This document shows, one piece after another, positions 1 through 12,400 of a stretch of DNA of 64,000 nt. The notes beneath the pieces were generated by a model. It searched no databases and was not told where the DNA came from. It worked only from the letters and a program-made list of their open reading frames with translations. A program made the translations under genes and the position numbers. The stretch's first letter is position 1. Every line of letters starts with the position of its first letter. This stretch comes from Marsupella aquatica (Eukaryota > Plantae > Marchantiophyta), in the NCBI GenBank assembly GCA_973895155.1, contig OZ316894.1:20714451-20778450 (forward strand). The letters run 5' to 3'.

Positions 1-419
1 CCATCCATTTCTCACTACTTTTCTCAAAGTTCAACTGTCTTCTCCAATGAGCTTTGAAATCGCCGAAGTCTCTACACTCAGCTTGAAGTTGCCAAAGTCC
101 ATATCTCACAAAGACCCATGAAAGTGTTAGCTTAGTCCATCTATCAAGGCTGTTTCCCCATGTTTGTTTCCCCATGCTGTCATTGCCTATCTTCTCCACT
201 AACAAAAACCCTTGAACTTCATTCCAGTCGATCTATCACTGCAGCTCCCCGAAGTTTTCATGGTCTTCTACAGTCAGCTCGACTTTCCCAAAGTCATCGT
301 TCAGAAAGCTGTACAGTATTCCGCCGACGAAAGGTATCATGGTTGACGCAACAGAACTGCATGGCTCTCGTACGACAGCATGAAAAGATGGGTCTTTCGA
401 GATATTAAATTATCTCAAT

Positions 420-566
420 TGTTATGAATACACAAGATGATAGTAGTCAATAATCCACACACACTTCCATTATGCCAAGGACTTATATAGTCCAGAAGGG
501 TTAACATGGTTGGGTTAATGTTAACCTATCCTATACTAGGGTTAAGTCATATTATGGGTTATAACA
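420..566 (-). repeat. 3' LTR of copia element
   Basis: TGTTATGAA...TTATAACA, identical to 6066-6212. Polypurine tract (AAGGGGAAG on minus strand) is adjacent at 567-575. Confidence 0.97.
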
Positions 567-904
567 CTTCCCCTTGGTTACTTGGACGGGTGTCAAGGAA
601 CCACACATTTAACCCTAGTTTAAAAGTGGGAGTCACTTATGATGTAGCCTCATCAAACCTTGCTGCTTTCCTCTCAAGGAAGAGTACTACCATCATTACA
701 ATTTGTGGTCCCTAATTCAGAAAGTCTCTAATGTGTATGCTCTAAGTCTAAAAGTAGCCTATTACTGTCTAAGCCAGTGGGCTAATAGTAAGTAAGCGTT
801 TATTTGTTACTCTAGTCGGGGTAGTATTGTATTCATGATGGGGGAACATGTGTCTCTCTGTAAACTGTTCGTTAGATACTACGATTTAGTAGTTTGTCGA
901 GGTT

Positions 905-3900
905 CTACTTCGATTTTGCGTTGGCTGTGTGTTCGTGTCGGGAGTTGTCGTTAGTCGAGGAGGTTAGGGAGGAGAGACGATGCATTCCAATGGCGCTGAC
1001 GTGCTTTCGATGTGTAGTCGCTGGTAGCGGCTTGGTGAAGAGGTCGGCGCAATTGTCTTGTGAGCTTATCCACTTTACTTGTATTTGCTTTCCGCTGTGT
1101 TCGTGCGTAAAGAAAAATTTCGGGTCTATGTGCTTGGTTCGATCGGTCTTCATGTAGCCTGTAACTATCTGGTCGACGCATGCCCTATTGTCCTCGTAGA
1201 TGGTGGTTGGATTTGTGAGTAAGGTTTTTCCTGTCTGTTTGAGTATATGTGTGATTATACTACGGAGCCAAATCGCTTCGCGGCATGCCTCATAGAGGGC
1301 AATTACTTCGGCGTGATTCGATGACGTTGTGGTTAGGCTCTGCTTCGTGCTTCTCCAAGATATGGCGGTTTTACCCTGCAAGAAGACGTATCCTGTCTGC
1401 GACTTTGAATCTTGGGGGTCTGAGAGGTATCCAGCGTCCGCGTATCCTGTAAGTTCATCCTCGCTTTCGTTGGGGAAGAATAGTCCCATGTCAATTGTTC
1501 CTTGGAGGTATCGGAATACTCGTTTTATGCCGTTCCAGTGGCGTATTGTCGGGTGCGCGCTATGTCGTGCGAGGAGGCTCACTGCAAAGGATATATCCGG
1601 TCGGGTGTTGTTGGCCAGGTAAAGGAGGGCTCCGATAGCCGATAAGTATGGCTTATCTGAATCTAGTATTGGTTCGTTGTCCTGTCTTTGCCTGAACATG
1701 TCCTTCGCAGTGTCTAAGGATCTCAGCTCCATTGGTGTTGATACCGGGTATGCCTTTTGCATATTGAATTGTTGGAGGATTTTGTTTGTATAGGTAGACT
1801 GGCTAATGAATGTGCCTGTCTGTAGGTGATCGAACTGAAGGCCGAGGCAGTAAGTCGGTTCTCCCAGTTCTTTCATCTCGAAAATGCCCTTCATTGTGTT
1901 GATTGTTTGTCGTAATAGTCGTTGTGTACCGAAAAGATTAATGTCATCGACATATAGCGCTAACACGACGAACTCTGTGTCTACTCTTTTGATGAATATA
2001 CAGGGCGCTATGTCTTCTGTAATAAATCCGAGTGCTTGTATTTCGGTTTTAAATTTCTGGTACCATATACGGCCGCTTTGTTTCAGGCCGTTTATGGATT
2101 TCAATACTTGCACAGCAAATGCCTGCTGTCCAGTCCTTCGTTTTCCGGGGTACTGGAGTGGTGCTTTCTGTGTGTTGCCACTGCTCAACACAAGGCCTTT
2201 ACAATCATCATTAGGGATAATCTGGTCAATTCCCGACTTCATATCCTTGCTCAGGTTCGGGTATTGCTTCCCCTGAATGTGTTCTGCCACTCTTTCGAGT
2301 AATTCCTTTGGTGCTTTCATATGAATTTCGGAGTCTAAGACTCCATATAGGTATGCCGTTACTACGTCCATAAGGATATTGCATAATTGGTGTTTGCGAG
2401 AGAAAGCAATTAAATACCTGAATGTCGTCACGTCCATTACTGGTGAATATGTTAGATCATAGTCCCTGCCTGGGATCTGGGTGTATCCTTTTGCTACTAA
2501 TCGCGCTCTGTATCTGATAACATCACCTTTTGCATTTCGCTTTTTAATGAACGTAAATCGGCTGTCTGTATAGTCATTGTTAGGATCAACTTGTTTGACT
2601 GGTCCGAAGACTTGTCGACGGATTAGTGCATCCATTTCTGTGTCAATGGCCTCTTTCCAGTGTGGCCAATCTGACCTTGTTTGTGCTTCTTTGATTGTTA
2701 AAGGGTCCGAAGTATCATTGGTTATTTCTTGAGCTATATGGTAAGCAAATTGTTCGTCGACAGTAGTGTTTTGTCTCGTGTAAATTTGTCCTGTATGCTT
2801 ATACTGAATTGACATCTCCTCATTACCCGATATGTCTGGTGTCTCGGATTCATTATTAATGAAGTGAAAAGTAGTTTCAGGAATTACCTGATGGGGGCGT
2901 CTTTGGCGGGGTCGGGTATCATGTGATCCTGGTGGCCTACCTCTTTTCGCCTTAGGGGCAGCTACTGTTGCTGGAGGAGTATTCATTTGTACTCTGGCTG
3001 GTACATTGGTTGCCTCGTTGTGGGATTTTGTAACATTTGCTGCATCATTAAATGCATCTGGGATCTTATCCAGCATCTCGTGGAGGTGGAGTAATCGTCT
3101 AACTTCTGCATCCGTTTGTTTCGTCCTCGGGTCCTGGTTGAGTAAGTTTCTGCTGTTCCAGTTGATCTGGTGTGGGTGCAAGTCCCCTGTCATTTGTTTG
3201 TCTATGCTTAGGGTGGGAAAAGTGTCTTCGTAAAAATGACAATCTGTATGTCTGGCCTTAAACACATCGGCTGTTGTCGGTTCCAGGTAGCGAATGATCG
3301 AGGATGAGTCATTTCCGATGTAGATTCCTTCTTGTCTTTGAGGTCCGATTTTTGTACGCTTGGGTCCCAGTATTGGGACCATGACTTTTCATCCAAATAC
3401 CCGCAGGTGTGACAGGTCTGGAGGTAGTCCGAACGCTAAGTGGTGTGGAGTCTTTGTGTTGAACGCCGATGGTCTGTATTGAAGCAGTGTGGCAGCATGG
3501 AGGACTGCGTGTCCCCATGTGGATAGGGGTAACTTTGAATTCATTAACAGGGGTCTGGTTATCATCTGTATACGCTTGATAACGGATTCTGCCATTCCGT
3601 TTTGGAAATGGACATATGGGACTGAGTATTCAGTGTCAATGCCCGCTGCCCAGCAAAACTCATCGAATGCTTTTGAGGTGAATTCCCCTGCACCATCCAC
3701 TCTCAGTTTCCGAATTGGATGTTCTGGGAATTGTGCTTTAAGCTTTAGAATGTTGGCCAGTATCCTAGCGAAGACCAAGTTGCGTGTAGAGAGTAGAGAT
3801 ACTTGCAGCCATTTGGTCGAAGAGTCGATGATGGCCAGGAAATACTTAAACGGTCCACTTGGTGGGTGGATCGGGCCGCATACATCTGCGTTCAGGTGTT

Positions 3901-5518
3901 CCAGGAAGTTCGGGATGGCATAGATTGTCTTCTGTATTTGTGGGCGTGTAATCAGCTTCCCCTGAGAGCACGCCAGGCATTGCCTTTGTTTTGTTGATGG
4001 GTTGACTCCTTGGGGGATTCCACGGGAGTCATGAATAATTCTGCGGTACATGTTTACTCCGGGGTGTCCCAGTCGACAGTGCCATAAGTATGTGATATCA
4101 GGTAAGTCTGCAGTGACATAGTGAGCTTGAATTTGAGTTGCGTAGAGGCCTGGTGGTATAAGGGGTAAGGTTTCTTTAATATGTATACCTTGTTCGGTAA
4201 CCTCCACGATTTGGAGGGTATCTTCCTCGTCTGTTTTCACTGTGCGCAGTTGATATTTATTTGCGACTATGTCTCGGAAGCTGATGAGGTTCCTTGTAGC
4301 TCGCGGGGCGAATATCGCTGCTTCGATGGCGAGTGCAGTGCCTCCTGGGAATATTACCGTGGCTGTGCCTTTACCCTCCTCAATCTGGTTTGTGCCTGAA
4401 ATGGTGGTCATATGCCGGGCTGATGGGGTAATTGAGTGGAAATATTTCTTGTCCTTTAGTATTGTATGAGACGTACCGCTGTCAATTATGCCCAGATTGG
4501 GGTCTTGTAGTGTGTAGGGTCCTCTTGCTGGAGTTACTATGTGGGTCTCCACTTCATGAGGTTGTTCGGGGTCTTTGTAGGTGGCTATTGCTTCTTCTAG
4601 CTCCATGTAGTTCCCTGCTGGGTTTTGTTTGAGTCTAGCTCTTGATTCTGTATGTTTCCTGGCTATTTGGTCCGATGCCCAACAATTTTTCTTCAGGTGT
4701 CCTATTTTTCCGCATCGGTAGCACATCCTGTCATCTTTGGTGTTGTCCGATGCATTATCACTCATCCTGCCTCTGCCGCCTACTCCCCTGCCTCTTGTGT
4801 TGTATGATTGTCGATATCCTCGACCTCTGTAGGATTGGTTTCTACCTCTGCCTTGGTATCCGCCTCTGCCTCTTGGTCGGCCTCGTCCCATGTTATCTCG
4901 CTGATAGTAATTTATCTCTGGTTTGTGTGGTGGTGGTTCTGTTCCCGCAGGTCTTTTTCGGGCGTTTTGCATGGCGACCACCTGTTGCTTCTCTTCTACA
5001 AGTAAATGTGCGATAAGATCTGAATATGTGGTGAATTGCATATTTCGGTACTGTGTACCGAGTGCAATGTTTGATTCGGGGAATGTACTCAGTGTCTTGT
5101 CGATCTTATCTGCGTCTGGGACTGGATGGCCGCAGAGTTCTAGTTGAGAGGTAATTTTAAATAGAGCGCTGTTGTAGTTAGCAATGGAAGTATGATCCAT
5201 CACTCGTAGGTTGTACCAATCGCGGCGAGCCTCAGGAAGCCATATTTCGCGCATATGGTCGAATCGGGCCTTTAACTTGTCCCACAGGAGTCGTGGATTG
5301 ACTTCGTTCATGTATTGGGATTTTAGTGAGGGAACCAAGTGCTGGCGCAAAAGGAACACGGCCTTGGCCTTCTGTTGTAGAGTCAGATTTTGGTCTGTGA
5401 TTAATGTATCTTCAAGCTCCAACGATGCGAAGTATGTTTCCGCATCTACGGCCCATGTCAAGTAGTTGCTGCCGTCTACTAGTAGGGCTGGGAAATGTAA
5501 CTTCTCCAATGTTGCCAT
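905..5518 (-). CDS. Copia gag-pol polyprotein interrupted by one in-frame TGA at 3389-3391
   Basis: Zn knuckle CYRCGKIGHLKKNC, protease DSGTSH, IN HHCC (WHCRLGH...CLAC) and DDE core, RT YVDD, RNase H (YADA, IYEDN, ADLFTKPL). ORFs 3389-5518 and 905-3382 are in the same frame (HLRVFG*KVMVP). Confidence 0.93.
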
Positions 5519-6050
5519 GTCTATTTCGCCTGATTTTGGGCCTTATAAATATATGGTGTTCCTTTGTATCAAATGCCTATGACTTTCGCCTTGTCCCGCC
5601 CGATCGATCGGCTGTTGTGATGGATCAAGTTAACCAAAAGAAAGAGAAACGATAGCGATCCTTTCGCTCAAGGCACGGGACTCATCTGCCCCTTGGATCG
5701 CATCCAAATTGTCCCCGATGGAGTTCGTTCGTATGTCCTTGTGTGCGGTCCTCAAAGTTTTCAGTTTTCGCCAATGTCTTTTATTTTGTTTTTCGCGTCT
5801 CGTCGCGTTGTCTCCTTCGTTCAAGGTTGAGAATCTTCGCTCGTGATTAGGCTCGACGCTCTATAGCCAGTTCTTTGTTCTTCGATCATAAGCTTGTTTT
5901 TTCTATTCTCGGGAGGTAGTTAGGCGGTTATTCTCTCCATTAGAGCAAAAAACACACAACATTGTGTTGTTTTCTTTGTGTGGACCTCGATCTATTTAGT
6001 TGTCAGATTTTGGGGAGGGAGCACATGTAAAAAAAAATGTAATTGAGCAA

Positions 6051-6065
6051 GTCGCGCTGATAACG
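6051..6065 (-). promoter_or_regulatory. Primer-binding site, probably for a half-tRNA (tRNA-Ile anticodon arm)
   Basis: Minus strand CGTTATCAGCGCGAC directly after the LTR, with no TGG start. The plus strand GTCGCGCTGATAACG resembles the tRNA-Ile anticodon arm as recalled from memory. Confidence 0.6.
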
Positions 6066-6212
6066 TGTTATGAATACACAAGATGATAGTAGTCAATAAT
6101 CCACACACACTTCCATTATGCCAAGGACTTATATAGTCCAGAAGGGTTAACATGGTTGGGTTAATGTTAACCTATCCTATACTAGGGTTAAGTCATATTA
6201 TGGGTTATAACA
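6066..6212 (-). repeat. 5' LTR of copia element
   Basis: Identical to 420-566 and followed on the minus strand by the PBS. Confidence 0.97.
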
Positions 6213-7855
6213 TCAATCTAATAGTACTGTAGTCCATTTACCACCTCGAAGATAAATGAGGAACTTGCGCTAGTTGTGCTACACCGTGATTTTATTGTTA
6301 GAGACAGAATCGAGGGGAGCAAACACTGAAGCACGACACCGAAAATGTAGTGTAACAGACCACTGTCGAGCAGCTCTATTCCGTCTCCAGGTTCCAACCC
6401 ACCACAAGACCACCAACCGTCTTCTTCTTCTATCCTACCCACCCGAACAGCGCTCCACAGACTGATGTTGACCTCACCGTTTGGCTCTGCGTGCATCATT
6501 TCCACCCACTCTTCCTCCTCCTAAACCTCCAGTGCAGTAGTTTCTCTCTGACTTTTGGAAACCAATCCACAATTGTAGGAAAAATTGGTTTGGGCGGACG
6601 CAAATTATGCATTCCTCGAGGACAGTTTCCCTGATTCAGGAGACCTCACAGAAAACAAGGCTACGAATAAGGAGGACATGCATACAAGTGATCAAGCTTA
6701 AGCCACACACAGTATTCAGAACCGTTCTGAGAAAATCAGCATCACAGCTGAGTTGGGTCTTAATTTTCCTGGAACCACACATGAGGCGAATCGGAAGCCT
6801 GGAAGAGCGATGGATACCTTCTCCTCAAACCAGCACGATTTCTCACATACCTTGGACGCCGGGTGTGCTCCCATCGACAATACTCCGGGCATTTCACTAT
6901 ATATTAAGAATCACGAGGAGCTGAAACTCCAAGCACTCTCGCAGCAGCATAGACAGAGCACTTAGTCGATCGCTGAAACCATAGAGGAGAAGCTCTTCTA
7001 CTCCTGCCACCCGCCGAAGTTCTCTGTGATAACGATCCCTGCGGATGGACGGACAGACACCAATTTGCTTCGGAACAGCCCTCACTTTGCTCGAGAATTT
7101 TGCATGAATTTCAGTCACTGAACTGTCCCTGCAACGCAGCAGCTTAATTCAGGTACGTGTAGCCCAGTAATATATTTTTATGGATGCTCCGACCGTTTCT
7201 TGGGTGGAATTTCTGCATGCCTGTAACGATCTCAGATCTCTTTCTTTGTATTGAAGTCCATGACGGGGTCCATGATCGGAGGATTGTGTATCGACACTAA
7301 TATTCCAGAATATGTTTGAAAGTTCATGAGTCGAAATTCATTTCTTCCTACCTAGATTCTCAGACGAGAAGGAGTTTCCATTCTCTCCATAATGTATCGC
7401 TTGAACGTGAAGTACTTAATTATCCGCATGAGGGAGAGAAGTCCAAATATCTAGCGTCCTTGAACATCGTTAAGATCTCAGTCGTTCCAGCAAAGATCCT
7501 TAGTATTTTCTTTCTAATTAGGGTGGCTTTAAACACATAGAAAGCACCATTCCAGCTTAGATCTTTCAGATCTCATAATCTTTGAAGCAAACCATGTCCA
7601 AGATCTTGGAAATCTCATAGTCGTTCCAGCTACGAAATGTAGGATCTCCAGAATTCAAATTTCACGGTCGTTCCAGCAAAGATCGAATTGTAAGATCTGC
7701 AACAATCAATCCAGTCTGTCACTAAGCAAAGTCGATGTCTTGCTGGGCTGCTGCAGGACACAGTAAACTACTGGCTTTCGCCTCCTTTGGATTGGGCTAG
7801 TTCGCTTCAGTGAACACAACCCGATATCTCGATATATACATTAAGGATTGCGAAA

Positions 7856-8599
7856 ATGGGCCAACAATCAGCAGCAGGGTTGGTGGTTCTCCTCTTGGGC
7901 ATTTGCTGTTTCACTTGTAGTGAAGCTGCTCGACCTGGACCTGGAACTGGAATTTTCACTGGGATCGGCGATGGCAGTAGCATATCAGAGATGGTGATGG
8001 TCCACCCCAGCTTGTTTCTGCAGCGGAAGATTTTAGGAGAAGATCAACCCGACGAGAAAGAGGGGGAAAAAGAGTGGAAATCCGAGGACAAAGAGGAGAA
8101 AGAGGGGAAGGATGAGGAGGATGAGGGGAAGGATGAAGGGAAGGATGAGGGGAAGGATGATGAGGGGAAGGATGAAGGCAAGGATGAGGGGAAGGATGAG
8201 GAGGGGAAGGATGATGAGGGGAAGGATGATGAAGGGAAGGATGATGAGCGGAAGGATGAGGGGAAGGATGAGGGGAAGGGTGAGGAGGGGAAGGGTGAGG
8301 AGGGGAAGGATGAGGGGAAGGATGAGGGGAAGGATGAGGAGGGGAAGGATGAAGGGAAGGATGAAGGGAAGGATGAGGGGAAGGATGAGGAGGGGAAGGA
8401 TGAGGAGGGGAAGGATGAAGGGAAGGATGAGGGGAAGGATGATGAGGGGAAGGATGAAGGGAAGGATGAGGAGGGGAAGGATGAGGGGAAGGATGAGGAG
8501 GGGAAGGATGATGAGGGGAAGGATGAAGGGAAGGATGAGGGGAAGGATGAGGGGAAGCACGAAGAGGACGGGAAGGAAAATGGGTACTCACAGCCATAG
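7856..8599 (+). CDS. Secreted acidic low-complexity GKD(D/E)E-repeat protein
   Basis: ATG followed by a hydrophobic signal peptide ([16 protein letters not shown]|ARP), an RKIL motif and ~150 aa of GKDE/GKDEE repeats. A probable 5'UTR intron runs ~7153-7756. Confidence 0.7.
   Translation: MGQQSAAGLVVLLLGICCFTCSEAARPGPGTGIFTGIGDGSSISEMVMVHPSLFLQRKILGEDQPDEKEGEKEWKSEDKEEKEGKDEEDEGKDEGKDEGKDDEGKDEGKDEGKDEEGKDDEGKDDEGKDDERKDEGKDEGKGEEGKGEEGKDEGKDEGKDEEGKDEGKDEGKDEGKDEEGKDEEGKDEGKDEGKDDEGKDEGKDEEGKDEGKDEEGKDDEGKDEGKDEGKDEGKHEEDGKENGYSQP
8101..8557 (+). repeat. Purine-rich coding minisatellite (GGGAAGGATGAG units of 12/15 bp)
   Basis: Visible tandem GGGAAGGATGA(G/A)(GAG) units. Confidence 0.95.
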
Positions 8600-9309
8600 A
8601 CAGAAGAGAAGCAAGAGTGGAAGCCCAAGGAGGACGTCCAAAAAAATTGGGATTCACAGCCCAGACAGAGGACGCGAAGAAAGAGTGGAAACCCCAGGAG
8701 AGCATTGACAAAAAGTGGTAGTCACAGCCGAAGACACAAGCGTTCCGTCCCAGTTCTAGAACAAAAAGTAACATCACAATCTTTTCGAGTTGTGAAATCT
8801 TTTTGAGTTGCAAGGGAAACAATACAATAAAATTTACTTTACTTTCTTTCAGGCATCCTCATATCTTGAGATATCTAAAAGAAATGTTTTATGCTTAATT
8901 GTCGAGCAATAAGTTTCGGAAACTTTTTGTAATGACTATAATAAAGTTTGTTTAAAGAGCATTGTGAGCTATAAATGCCCTGGACAACAAGGATACTAGC
9001 TTTAGGTTTGAGGGGCTGTTGTTGAAGGGCACTCCAGATCATAAGCTCTCAAATAAGAGGGCATTAGGCTCCTGACTTTTGAGGTTGAGGGTAGCAGGAC
9101 ATTAATACATTTCATTTTTACTAATTCTAGGAAACGAATACTACAAATTTCACAATGAGTTAATGCAAATCTTGAATGTGCACTCTTCTCCATAAATATA
9201 GCTGAAAAATACCAAAAAAAAGGCATTACGTATGCTTTTACATTAGGCAGCTAATGCATGTTTGATTTTATTTTAACATTGTGGAGAGACTAAGAAAATC
9301 GAAAATTAC

Positions 9310-9478
9310 CAGATGAGATTCCTTTAAATCTCACTTGGCTTTGTTGGGTCTTTATACATAACTACATATCAGATAAAATCTTAAGAGTATCAAAAATTAA
9401 CAGATGAGGTTCCTTTTTCACTTGGCTTTGTTGGGTCTATATACAGAAACACATATCAAATTAAATCTTAAGAGTATT
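9310..9478. repeat. Diverged ~90-bp tandem duplication
   Basis: CAGATGAG..TTCCTTT..TCACTTGGCTTTGTTGGGTCT..ATACA..AAATCTTAAGAGTAT occurs twice. Confidence 0.75.
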
Positions 9479-12400
9479 ATTTTTATAACAATGTGGTAAT
9501 TCACATTAGAGTGGCATGGCCTGATAGTGTAGCTTTCAGATTCCTTGGAAGAGGAAGTGTCCATAATGACTTCTTTGGAGGTTATTTTGTTGGGTTTGGT
9601 TTGGCGTGGGTTCCCTTGCTCTCTCAGCTGATTCGAATGGGTGCCAAAAACTAGGATTGGACTTGACAGCTGAAGGAACAAAATGACCTCCACTAGCTTG
9701 GGCTTGGGCTTGATCGTGAAATTGGCTCTCTTTTATGAACAGCTTTCAAATGTGTCCAAGAAACTGCAATCTATGTGGGTAAAGCCCACTGGACTTGGGA
9801 TGGTTGGAAAATAATCAGCAACTAAGCTACAGAGTGTGAGGTAGCCCCTTACTGGTCAATAGACAACTTTTGACCACAAATCCAAATGAGATTGCCACAG
9901 ACTCAAGTGGAATAGCCACCTCACTTGAGTACCTGAATTTTTGCAAATCTCCACAAGTTACTTGAGTGGAATCACAATTAGGCTGGTCTGTTGGTTAGGG
10001 CATTTTTTGGTTTTAGTGTCAATGTAAACTCATAAGTGGAGGGATGGTGAAGCAAGCAGAAGAGTTACGCCCTGGCTATGAGTTACTTTTTTATTTGTTG
10101 TTGTCCAAATTTGAGAATGTTTTAAAAATCACTCAGAAATTAATTCATAATGTCCTTTTGGAGCCAAAGTGATTCTTTCAATCTTACTTTATAAATGTTT
10201 AAACTCTGTCCTTGTGTCATTGCTCCGCAATTTTAAGTACATCAGTTCCACTATATAAAATCTTGTTTCCATGTTTCTAGATCTCCTTATTCCCAGAGCA
10301 TTCAGTCCCATGAGCAGAGCATTCAGTCCCATAAGCAGATTTAACAATGTTATGATTGTTGTTGTTCTCGACTCGTTTTTTTGCTTGGCCCTGCGTTCCC
10401 GTAGTAGTAACACAATTTATTAATTTTTTGTAGAAAGTGAGCTCTGATGGCAGTGGCTGCAGAGATGGACTGCATTTCACGGATATTGGGCAATATGGAA
10501 ACAAGAGTCTGCAGGGACCCAGGAAGTTGAATTCGTTTTTGAAAGGACGTGATGCAGGCAAAAAGCACATTCAATGTTGACAACGAAAAGAGAGAGAAAA
10601 AACCAGAGAAAAAGACTACGATTTCCACTCGCATAACAAATGGCCAACTTCACGTTTATCTGCAAATGTGGCTCATGTTTTCGTCAATGTACGTCAATGC
10701 TCTGTACCGTGTGTCTCTTCCTACAGTTGCAATTTACGGCCAACTCGCATGTGAGTGGCCTTGTGTTTTGCGGCCCTTTACCCGCGCGACATTTTAGGAC
10801 ATTACAGGTCTCATAACAATTCAATTTCAGTCCCACCAAATTGTTTAGGGTGTTTCAATAATTACCGTTCAATGGCTATGACATGTGCTTTGCTATCATA
10901 TGGTGTAATCTCAAATGGTTAGCCTTACTGAAGAGTGAAACTGACCAAGTGTATATGTGGGCATTCCAAATGGCCCAGACCCACCTCTAATTTGACGGTC
11001 CGGATGTTCGATCAGCTCCATATCCACGCCCTTGCTGCCCCACTGCATGGCCTGCGGTGCGGCACTGAATGCAGCAGCAGGTAAAGCATTGTAGGAGAAT
11101 TTCATGATCAGCTCATTGATCTTCTCTTTCATAGTCCAGGTGAGGAGCCGCTCAGCCTCGAAGAAATCAGACCCGGACGACATGGTGTCCAGACCCCTGA
11201 TTTGCCCGTCAAGGCCAAACCTGGGTCCGTTACCGGTGCTACAGTGGATTCCGCCAAGGTGGGTGCCTTGGGACAGAGCAAAATTATTACCGTAGCGCCA
11301 TACCGGTTATTCCAGGAATGCCAAAAGACGACGTGTGAGGCGTCCACTCCCGCATGAAAAGATTGCAGCCAAGTCTATACACGACAAAACCTTCGAAACT
11401 ACTTGTAGCCATGCAACATCCTGAAGGCCCGCCTGAAAGGTTAATCCCATTCAATAGCTCCCTCAATCCCCTGAAATCCATGTACTGTAGTTCATCGATA
11501 ACACGATCGGAGCATCAGGAAAGTCTTACTTTTACTGATACTTCCTCCCGCAATTTAGCCTTGTGTTGTTCTACATCACTTTCGAGGTCTCATATTTTCT
11601 TGCGTTTTTGCTTTTCCAATCGTAAGCTGCTCACATTTTGTACAGTGGAAGACTGTTTTTCCTCTCAACTTCCAATGAACAACCGTCTTGCGTGAGGTGT
11701 GGCCCACTGTCTGCACAACATGCTTTCTTTGGCGATAACTGGTCGTCTAACAACTGCAAAATTTCTTCCTTTTCTAGAAACAAACTTACAGCAGTATCCT
11801 CCGAAATGTCTAAATACACAGTTAGTAGAACAGATTATTTGAGGAAGCAGAAAATGCGAATATGTTAGTGAAACGTGTGAAAGGATAATAGGAGTTTTCG
11901 TACGGAGTTATTTCCTCACTAGTTAAAGCAAATTCACGGCCAGCACAGCTTGCATTTCGAGCCAGACGCTAACGAGTTAGTTATTCCACTTTCCACGGGT
12001 TGGTTCTTACTAGGGTAGCCTTTCTGTTAATTGTGACCAGGTGAACAGTCACCTTCCATAAAGTCGCAATGGCCGGGGCAATGGCTTTCAAGATTACAGT
12101 CCTGATAGATATATGGAATGATATCGATTTCCTGCACAGCCAATTTGTGAATGAGATTGTCAGCTAGACTTTCCAGCCTCAAGATCAAGATGGGGCTCCC
12201 ACACTCCCACCTATCACAGGACGAATTTTCTTTGCTGTTGCACCCTTCATTTCTTCTTGCAGCTAGCTACAGAATGTGATCGCCATTCCAAACCATCGAA
12301 TCAAAACGCACGGTCATCTTTTGAGGGATGGGGAATTCAGTCCGGAAGATCATGTTCAATCGACAGCTAAAAGTAAACATTGGGAAAATGACCCCAGTGA

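Larger units (their letters stand above)
420..6212 (-). mobile_element. Full-length Ty1/copia LTR retrotransposon, Bianca-like lineage
   Basis: Two identical 147-bp TG...CA LTRs (420-566, 6066-6212) flanked by a 5-bp TSD TCAAT (415-419, 6213-6217). Domain order is gag-PR-IN-RT-RH. The gag N-terminus MATLEKLHFPALLVDGSNYLTW resembles Bianca-type gag. Confidence 0.97.

Noticed and set aside
3383-3391. Programmed frameshift or two-gene organisation in the copia element
   Set aside because: Both ORFs are in the same frame, and the break is one stop codon inside integrase, not at a gag/pol boundary.
7956-8822. Antisense extensin-like HPSPP ORF and other overlapping repeat ORFs (poly-ILP, poly-FPSS, poly-RGRM)
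   Set aside because: Stop-free shadows of the purine minisatellite. Only the GKDE frame has an ATG plus signal peptide.
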